DNA of 32,000 nucleotides from positions 1,350,001-1,382,000 of the forward strand of contig NZ_CP017260.1 of the NCBI RefSeq assembly GCF_001735745.1, written 5' to 3'. Positions 25,762-32,000 of this stretch are shown here, piece after piece. This DNA is from Formosa sp. Hel1_33_131. GTDB taxonomy: Bacteria; Bacteroidota; Bacteroidia; Flavobacteriales; Flavobacteriaceae. Within the stretch, counting starts at the first letter, position 1, and each line of letters begins with the position of its first letter. Both the position numbers and the translations under genes were made by a program. Below the pieces are notes generated by a model. It had not been told where the DNA came from and searched no databases. It was given only the letters and a program-made list of their open reading frames with translations.

Positions 25762-26792
25762 TAAAGATTAATATGTTTTTACCTATTACCCCTTATACAC
25801 TATCTATATCTGAACGTATAATAGCGGCCCAAACTCATGACAACAGGAAAAGCAGAAAGAATATTCTGATAAACCCCCATGGTCTTAATTTCAATAAAGA
25901 TTATTGGGACGAAGTTTATATAGGTTCAGCTTCTAGAAAGGTAAGTGATAAAAAAGTTGAAAGATATATTAATTTTTCATGGCAAATAATAACCTTTTTA
26001 AAAATATACAAGCAAATAAAAAGCCTTAAGAATAGCTCTTTAGACTTTTATTATGTTGACTTGGCACATGTTTTAAGCAATTCTATTTTTTTTGGATTCA
26101 ACAAAATAGTCAACATGTATGTTATGGAAGATGGGCTGTTAAATTATTATAAGGTGACATTGAAGAATAAAATGTTAGACAAGAAAAACACTAATACTTT
26201 TCTCAATTATATAGGACTCCCCTCAAGAAAATTCAAAGGAGATATTACTGGCGTTGAGATGGATGTAGTAAATGGGCAGTATGTTTATTTTCCTGATTTA
26301 GCATTTACACCAAAGAAAAGTATCCAAATTCCTTTTAAGAAGTTATCATATGATTTGATTGACAGAGTCTTAATCTTAGGCCAAGAACCTATTGTAGGCT
26401 TAATTACTGTTACTAGTTATCTAAATTCGTTGTGTAATGTAATAGATGATAGTTTAATTGATTTTAAAGATTATAAATTTTATTACAAACCACATCACCA
26501 TGGAAAAAACAAATTAGCTAATAAATTTTTACAAAAAAAACTTGGTGAAAAATTAAATATTATTGAAGATAATACTCCTATTCATATGTTAGTTGCTGAA
26601 ATAAAACCTTCAGTTGTTATTTCTTTTGGCTCAACAGCTTCTCTTAATTTGAAATTAATTTTGCCAGAAAAAGTAGTAAGTAGGGTGTATTTATTAAGAA
26701 GCTCTGTTTTTCCAATTAATAATGAGCAAGAAACCATGTTTTTTAAGGCAGGTATTTCTATATTTGAATTGGACTGTAATAGCAAAGGATAA
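25758..26792 (+). CDS. GT52-like (Lst/LsgB sialyltransferase family) glycosyltransferase, candidate nonulosonic-acid transferase
   Basis: Four blocks occur in the same order as I recall for Neisseria Lst. INMFLPITPYTLSISERII corresponds to NLIFCYTILQMKVAERIM. YVMEDGLLNY corresponds to TFDDGTGNL. FYYKPHHHG corresponds to YVAPHPRQ. VISFGSTASLNL corresponds to IYTFFSGAALTM. The ATGA start overlaps wzx. Confidence 0.5.
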   Translation: MIKINMFLPITPYTLSISERIIAAQTHDNRKSRKNILINPHGLNFNKDYWDEVYIGSASRKVSDKKVERYINFSWQIITFLKIYKQIKSLKNSSLDFYYVDLAHVLSNSIFFGFNKIVNMYVMEDGLLNYYKVTLKNKMLDKKNTNTFLNYIGLPSRKFKGDITGVEMDVVNGQYVYFPDLAFTPKKSIQIPFKKLSYDLIDRVLILGQEPIVGLITVTSYLNSLCNVIDDSLIDFKDYKFYYKPHHHGKNKLANKFLQKKLGEKLNIIEDNTPIHMLVAEIKPSVVISFGSTASLNLKLILPEKVVSRVYLLRSSVFPINNEQETMFFKAGISIFELDCNSKG

Positions 26793-26798
26793 ATCCCT

Positions 26799-28010
26799 AT
26801 GAAAATAGATATAACAAAAACATCATTAACTCTTTTACTGTTATCTCTTCCGTTTAACTTTATAGCAATTAGTGGAGTAGGAAATATATACCTCTCAACA
26901 ATTGTTGTTCTTGTTCAGTTCGCAATTCTATTTTCACTTGTTGGTAAAAAGTTAGTTAGTAATATTACAGCAATAGCAGCAATAGCTGTCTTTGTGATTA
27001 CGCTAATCAGCACGGTATTTAATGTTTTGATCGATTCTGAATTAGTAATTGTACAATTGAAACAAACAGTTATTTATTTTCAGAATATTTTATCAATTAT
27101 ATTAATGACCTATTTTATAAAATCATTAGACGTAGATTATTTCTTTAAGTTGTTTTTAGTTATAATTTTAATTAGCATAATTAGGGTTTATATCGAAGAG
27201 CCAGACCATATCTTCATGCTAAGTGTTTATTGGGAAGAAAGAATTGAATCCAAATTTGTAGCAGGTGTTAATACATTTGCTTTGTTTAATGGTTTAGCTT
27301 TTACTATTTCTTTTTTTTACTTAAAGAATAAGGTTTTGAAGCTCTCTCTTTGTATTGTATTTATTATTATGATTATTCTAACGATGTCAAGAGGCGCATT
27401 ATTGGCTGTTATTTTAACTGTTTTTATTACTGCTCTTTATGACACAAGAAGAGAGACCTTTAGAGATCTAATCAAATACACTTTTTATATACTACTAGTA
27501 GGTGTTTTAGTTTTAATCTTTACGGGTAAAATGGAAGGGATTATTGAGTTAATTAGTCAAAGATTTTTTAGTTTTTTTGATGAGAATATCACTATTGATA
27601 AATTTTTTACAGGAAGGGGTACGTTAATTTCTTATGTGTTTACTGATTTCATGGATTCTTCTTTATTTCAATTTCTTTTTGGACGTGGTAACGGCAGTAT
27701 GGATTTTGTAATTCCAGAAACAGGACAGAAATTCGAGACTTCTCATTTAGTGATATTAGATATTTTATATAGAAATGGTATTATTTTAACCTTTTTATAT
27801 ATTGTTTTATTAGTTGTGATTCTGTTAAAGTTTTTGAAAAATAGAAATAGAGATAGGATTGTATTATTTGGATTATTTGTATTTTTTCAATTAGAACTTT
27901 TAGTTAATCCAATGATTTTTTCAGCCCAAGCAGGGTGGATTTATTCTATGTTTTTAGTTTTATTTTTGAGACAAAACCACCTTATTATTAAAAAACCGAT
28001 AAATGATTGA
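26799..28010 (+). CDS. Wzy/O-antigen-ligase-like polytopic membrane protein (copy 1)
   Basis: The 403-aa protein has more than 9 hydrophobic segments. MSRGALLAVILTVFI and ETSHLVILDILYRNGII resemble the Wzy_C (SRG...H-x-x-x-L...G-I) pattern. Confidence 0.6.
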   Translation: MKIDITKTSLTLLLLSLPFNFIAISGVGNIYLSTIVVLVQFAILFSLVGKKLVSNITAIAAIAVFVITLISTVFNVLIDSELVIVQLKQTVIYFQNILSIILMTYFIKSLDVDYFFKLFLVIILISIIRVYIEEPDHIFMLSVYWEERIESKFVAGVNTFALFNGLAFTISFFYLKNKVLKLSLCIVFIIMIILTMSRGALLAVILTVFITALYDTRRETFRDLIKYTFYILLVGVLVLIFTGKMEGIIELISQRFFSFFDENITIDKFFTGRGTLISYVFTDFMDSSLFQFLFGRGNGSMDFVIPETGQKFETSHLVILDILYRNGIILTFLYIVLLVVILLKFLKNRNRDRIVLFGLFVFFQLELLVNPMIFSAQAGWIYSMFLVLFLRQNHLIIKKPIND

Positions 28011-29205
28011 TAAAATTAAAGAATATCTCCTTCCTTTTTTAATATCAATTACACCTATTGTGGCAGTATTTGCTTCCGCTAAATTTCTTTCGTTGTTTCT
28101 TTTTTGCATTGGTTTTATTTATCTATTTGAAAAAAATAAAGTTAATGCATTGAAAGGGTATAAAATGTTTTTTAAGCCTTATTTAGTTTTTGTGATTTTT
28201 TGTATTGTCTCGACAATAATATCAAAAGATATTCATGTTTCGATAAAAACGTTGGAACGGTATATTTCTTTAATTGTAGTTCCAATTATTATTTTCTCGA
28301 CTAATTTTAGCGAAAAAAGATATCGCTTCCTTTTAAAGTCTTTTGTTTTATCGCTACTAATTATTTCCATCTTTTCAGTCTTTAAGCTAATCTGGTTTGT
28401 TAATGTTTATTCAGATTGGATTGAAGTAATGCGAGGAGTGAATGAGAACGATACATACGTACAATTTAAATACCCTCACCTGATGTGGGATGTGCACCCT
28501 TCATATTGGAGCTATTTAATGCTAGTGGCAGTTATAATATTATTTAGTAATAAATATTTTAACTCGATTTTTAAAAAACAGACAGTAATTGTTTTATTAA
28601 TATTGTTTATTGTCAATTTGTTTTATTTAGCGGCAAGACTTCCATTATTAATCTTTATTGTAATAAGTATAGTTTATTTATTCAATTATTACAAAAGTTA
28701 TAAAATTATAACAGGCGTGCTTTTTTTGTTTTTCTTATTTATTATAACAGCATATTATAACTTCCCTTTTCTTGAGTATAAGATAAAATTAGTTTTGACA
28801 GATGATAGATTTTTCTTGTGGAACATGGTTTATGACAATATAAAACCAAACCATTTATTTTTTGGAGAAGGGCTAGGGTTAAGTGGAGATTTCATAGCCA
28901 ATATTTTAAAAAGCTCTGAAGACACTAGGATTGACTACACCGGCGTTGAAATTCATAATCAATATTTAACAATGCTCTTAGAAACAGGAATTGTAGGGGT
29001 AATTGTTTTACTTTACTTATATGTAAAGCCTGTTATTATTCTAATGTTTCGTAAAAAATCATATTCATTGCCATTATTAGCGATAGTATTACTAACTCTT
29101 TTTGCATCTACTTTAGAACCTTTTTTTACAGTAATAAAAGGGATAATTATATTCACTATTTTCAGCTCATTGTTTAGTATGTTTCATGAAAAATATAAGA
29201 CATAA
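28003..29205 (+). CDS. Wzy_C-domain (O-antigen polymerase/ligase family) polytopic membrane protein (copy 2)
   Basis: The 400-aa multi-TM protein carries AARLPLLIFIV and the strong family motif VEIHNQYLTMLLETGIVGVIVLL. It overlaps the previous gene by 8 nt. Confidence 0.65.
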   Translation: MIDKIKEYLLPFLISITPIVAVFASAKFLSLFLFCIGFIYLFEKNKVNALKGYKMFFKPYLVFVIFCIVSTIISKDIHVSIKTLERYISLIVVPIIIFSTNFSEKRYRFLLKSFVLSLLIISIFSVFKLIWFVNVYSDWIEVMRGVNENDTYVQFKYPHLMWDVHPSYWSYLMLVAVIILFSNKYFNSIFKKQTVIVLLILFIVNLFYLAARLPLLIFIVISIVYLFNYYKSYKIITGVLFLFFLFIITAYYNFPFLEYKIKLVLTDDRFFLWNMVYDNIKPNHLFFGEGLGLSGDFIANILKSSEDTRIDYTGVEIHNQYLTMLLETGIVGVIVLLYLYVKPVIILMFRKKSYSLPLLAIVLLTLFASTLEPFFTVIKGIIIFTIFSSLFSMFHEKYKT

Positions 29206-29290
29206 TTTATTTGCTTAATAAAAATGATACAAGTATGGTTGTTGATGAACTTTAAGAAATTCTTTTTACGTTAATTATTTAAATTTATAT

Positions 29291-30538
29291 ATGAAAAAGG
29301 TGTATGTGTTATTTTATGGGTCTATTATATTAGGGATTCTTTTATGGCTATTCTTTTTTATAATTACTCCAATAGAGGTTAAAAATGAATTGTCTTCCTT
29401 CATTACCTCTTTTATTATTTTAAACTATTTAGCTTTAGTTTTTGGTTTTGCGCTACCCTTATTTCCAATAAGTGTTTTTAAGAACACTGAATGGATAAAA
29501 ATAAATAAATTGAAGGTACTAGAAACACTTATTGCACTAATTTTAATTTCTTTTGTATTTAGATATTGGGATTTATTCTACAATAGAAATTTGAGCTTTT
29601 GGAACTCCATTAAAGTAAATAACGCTAATGCAGGTAATCACTTTTCTTTTTTATTTAATTTATTATCCACTTTTCGTGTTATATACTTTGTACCACTGAT
29701 ATATTATTATAGTGGAAAAATTAAAGAAAAGAGACTATTGGTATTGTGTTTTTTTCTTTTTTTGTTGCCATTAATAGAGGGTTATTTAAGGGGCTCAAGA
29801 CGAATAATATTTGAATCTTTAGGGCTCTTGTTTTTGATTTTAATTTTATCAAAAAAGATTAATTTTAGATCACTTAAGATCTACGTGATATCTTTGCCAA
29901 TAGTAATAATTTTTATTGGTTTTTCTTTTTTCGTTGTTCAAGGCAGGACTGATTTTGAATCTCCAAATGAGTTTTACAAAAAAATAATTACCTCTCAATA
30001 CAATGATTTTGTGCCTCCAAACAGAACTGCTCTAAGATGTTTTGAAGAGAGTGAAAACTCTTTGTTAAAAAAAGCTTTGTTTACAGAAATTCATGTAGGA
30101 CAATATATTGTTCATGGCGTTTATGAAATGGATTATATGGTTTCTAAGCATGATAAGCACACCTATGGTATGTTCAACTTTTATCTTTTAATAAAGTTTT
30201 TTAATAAACTAGGAATAACAAAAGTCGATTTAGACAACCTCAACAATCCAACGGGAAGGATTACATACATCACTTTTTTTGGCGGACTATTTAACGACTT
30301 TGGATGGTTTTCCTTGATCGCAATGTTTTTACTAGGGTGGATTCAAAGACAATTATTTATACTGCGTAAAAGAAACTTTCTTGTAGAACCCTTAATTGTT
30401 ATCTTCCTTTTTGCAAATATATTTTTATTAATATTTAATTTCATCAGAGCTAATCTATTGTTGGCAATAGGAGTGTATTTATTGTTTTTAATTATTCTTC
30501 AAATATTTTTAAAATTAAGGAGCATTCAAAGTGAATAA
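29291..30538 (+). CDS. polytopic membrane protein, possible oligosaccharide repeat-unit polymerase (third Wzy-like candidate)
   Basis: The 415-aa protein has many TM segments, a GYLRGSRRIIFE loop, and a large hydrophilic loop at about residues 215-300 between TM bundles, as seen in repeat-unit polymerases. I recognise no enzymatic motif. Confidence 0.4.
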   Translation: MKKVYVLFYGSIILGILLWLFFFIITPIEVKNELSSFITSFIILNYLALVFGFALPLFPISVFKNTEWIKINKLKVLETLIALILISFVFRYWDLFYNRNLSFWNSIKVNNANAGNHFSFLFNLLSTFRVIYFVPLIYYYSGKIKEKRLLVLCFFLFLLPLIEGYLRGSRRIIFESLGLLFLILILSKKINFRSLKIYVISLPIVIIFIGFSFFVVQGRTDFESPNEFYKKIITSQYNDFVPPNRTALRCFEESENSLLKKALFTEIHVGQYIVHGVYEMDYMVSKHDKHTYGMFNFYLLIKFFNKLGITKVDLDNLNNPTGRITYITFFGGLFNDFGWFSLIAMFLLGWIQRQLFILRKRNFLVEPLIVIFLFANIFLLIFNFIRANLLLAIGVYLLFLIILQIFLKLRSIQSE

Positions 30539-30544
30539 TTATTA

Positions 30545-30577
30545 TTGAAGTCAATTCAAAATAATATAGTAAATTTG
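30545..30577 (+). promoter_or_regulatory. candidate promoter for the epimerase/GT4 genes
   Basis: TTG at 30545-30547 and TAAATTTG at 30570-30577 are separated by a 22-nt spacer. The box ends 26 nt upstream of the ATG at 30604. Confidence 0.35.
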
Positions 30578-30603
30578 AGTTTTAATATTTTAGGGATCAA
30601 TTA

Positions 30604-31602
30604 ATGAATAAAATAGCTATAATTTTTGGAGGTGCCGGATACATTGGGACAAATCTCCTTAAGTTTTTAATAGAAAAAAAAGCATTCGAAAAATATTTTA
30701 TATGTGACATCAAACCATTAGTTAGTTTTGAAGACGAAATTAAGAAAGGCAAAGTTGAGTATTTGCAATTAGATGTAAGAAATAACATTGATATTAAAAT
30801 AAACGATATCAATGGTGCAACAAGTTGGATTTTTAATTTTGCAGCCATTCACAGAGAGCCAGGGCACAATTACTATGAGTATTTTGACACCAATGTCTCT
30901 GGCACGGAAAATGTAAATGACTTTGCTCGACGTACAGGAATAAAGAATATTTTTTTCACAAGCAGTATAGCTCCCTATGGGAAATCCATGGAGCAAAGAA
31001 CAGAACAATCAGCTTTATACCCAGAAACTCCTTACGGCATATCAAAAGCATTTGCCGAAAAAACACACCAACAATGGCTAGCTGAAGATAATGACAGAAG
31101 ATTAATAATTGTTAGACCCAGTGTGATTTATGGACCGAAGGATCCAGGTAATGTTTATAGAATGATAAAGGCCTTGAAAAAAGGAACATTTGTTTTGCCT
31201 GATGGAGGAAAGGTGATTAAGTCTTATGGGTATATTTATGGGCTCATAGAAAGCATGTTGTTTACAATTGAACAAAAGAACCATATGATTATTTATAATT
31301 ATGCAGAAAACCCTGTAATCCCTTTGCATAAAATGACAACTGTTGTAAAAAAAGAATTAAACATAAAGAAACCGACTTTAAAATTACCGGTATGGTTATT
31401 AGCAATCATTGCAGGTGTCTTTCAAATAGGATTTAAACTTATAGGAAAGAAAAGTGACATCCACCCTGTCCGAGTTAGGAAAGCTGGGTTTCCTACGAAT
31501 ATTAAACCTCAATATTTGATAGATAATGGGTTCAAGTTTAAATATGAATTTCAAGAATCATTAAAGCATTGGAGGAAAGTTTCACCTAAAGATTTTGAAT
31601 AA
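30604..31602 (+). CDS. NAD-dependent epimerase/dehydratase family protein (extended SDR)
   Basis: IAIIFGGAGYIGTNL is the GxxGxxG motif, YGISKAFAE is the YxxxK motif, and IVRPSVIYGP is also present. Confidence 0.8.
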   Translation: MNKIAIIFGGAGYIGTNLLKFLIEKKAFEKYFICDIKPLVSFEDEIKKGKVEYLQLDVRNNIDIKINDINGATSWIFNFAAIHREPGHNYYEYFDTNVSGTENVNDFARRTGIKNIFFTSSIAPYGKSMEQRTEQSALYPETPYGISKAFAEKTHQQWLAEDNDRRLIIVRPSVIYGPKDPGNVYRMIKALKKGTFVLPDGGKVIKSYGYIYGLIESMLFTIEQKNHMIIYNYAENPVIPLHKMTTVVKKELNIKKPTLKLPVWLLAIIAGVFQIGFKLIGKKSDIHPVRVRKAGFPTNIKPQYLIDNGFKFKYEFQESLKHWRKVSPKDFE

Positions 31603-31603
31603 T

Positions 31604-32000
31604 ATGAAAATTGCAATTGTACACGAATGGGTGACTGTTATTGCAGGCTCTGAAAGTTGTTTTAAGGAGTTTACTGAGATATATCCTGACGCAGATATAT
31701 TTCTTTTAGTTTCTGATGAAAAAAGCTTAGAGAAATTAAATATAGACCCGTCTAGAGTTACTAATTCTTTTGTGCAAAAACTCCCTAAAGCAAAAACGAA
31801 ATGGAAAAACTATCTACCGCTTTTCCCATACGCTATTGAGCAGTTTGATTTAAGTGAGTATGATGTAATAATTTCTTCATCACACTCAGTTGCCAAAGGC
31901 GTAATAACTAACGCAAGTCAAATACATATATGTTACATTCATTCCCCAATCAGATATGCATGGGATTTATATCATCAGTATATAAAAGAATCCAATTTAG
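31604..32000 (+). CDS. GT4-family glycosyltransferase, N-terminal fragment that runs off the window end
   Basis: This ORF is not in the supplied track because it has no stop inside the window. My translation from the ATG at 31604 is MKIAIVHEWVTVIAGSESCFKEF...FVQKLPKAKTKWKNYLPLFPYAIEQFDLSEYDVIISSSHSVAKGV...HICYIHSPIRYAWDLY. That is a very common GT4 N-terminal pattern (MKIAIVHDWL...AIEQFDLSxYDLVISSSHAVAKG). Confidence 0.7.
   Translation, partial: MKIAIVHEWVTVIAGSESCFKEFTEIYPDADIFLLVSDEKSLEKLNIDPSRVTNSFVQKLPKAKTKWKNYLPLFPYAIEQFDLSEYDVIISSSHSVAKGVITNASQIHICYIHSPIRYAWDLYHQYIKESNL

Noticed and set aside
44-31329. Many 60-151-aa ORFs lie antisense to, or out of frame within, the long CDSs. Antisense examples are 44-325, 926-1210, 1907-2092, 3670-3975, 5513-5695, 10936-11196, 11727-11960, 12048-12254, 12600-12824, 14646-14943, 17408-17638, 18154-18378, 19174-19691, 22573-22761, 23222-23449, 23589-23798, 26582-26785 and 30597-31329. 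Same-strand out-of-frame examples are 4940-5122, 6730-6924 and 11489-11695.
   Set aside because: Each is fully or almost fully embedded in a longer ORF that carries clear family motifs. Their translations are low-complexity with no recognisable motifs. They are shadow ORFs expected in AT-rich DNA.
1-32000. Search by eye for CRISPR repeats, tRNA/rRNA, transposase or integrase genes, and long direct or inverted repeats flanking the glycan locus
   Set aside because: None were found. The intergenic regions are short (226 nt or less) and show no cloverleaf-like or repeat-spacer structure. Only the short CACGTG palindromes recur.

Overview
The window looks like a low-GC Bacteroidota (Flavobacteriia-like) chromosomal segment. 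All calls come from reading the ORF translations and the DNA by eye, with no searches run. Nt 1-11.7k holds housekeeping-type genes: the mnmG 3' end, a SAM methyltransferase, an OmpH/Skp lipoprotein, holB, pgk, a LysM lytic transglycosylase, a lipoprotein, tatA, an M23 peptidase, a GH3-family adenylating enzyme, and a 561-aa protein whose C-terminus looks like AMP nucleosidase/MTAN. From about 11.7k to the window end there is a Wzx/Wzy-type surface-polysaccharide locus. It holds a Wzz-like co-polymerase, rfbC-rfbD, and an 11-gene translationally coupled pseudaminic-acid (pse) operon. After a 170-nt gap comes a more AT-rich block with wzx, a GT52-like (sialyltransferase-family) gene, three consecutive polymerase/ligase-like membrane proteins, an epimerase/dehydratase, and the 5' end of a GT4 glycosyltransferase. 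I saw no rRNA, tRNA, CRISPR array, transposase or integrase. The most interesting content is the pse operon, which carries five enzymes the canonical CMP-Pse5Ac7Ac pathway does not need: an aldo/keto reductase, a class-III aminotransferase, an SDR, a metallophosphoesterase and an ATP-grasp ligase. It also has an SpsF-type rather than NeuA-type cytidylyltransferase. Together these predict an undescribed modified nonulosonic acid, with a candidate GT52-like transferase and a tripled Wzy-like gene set downstream. Secondary observations are a CACGTG-core palindrome family placed just after stop codons and an uncharacterised M23-GH3-nucleosidase-like gene trio.
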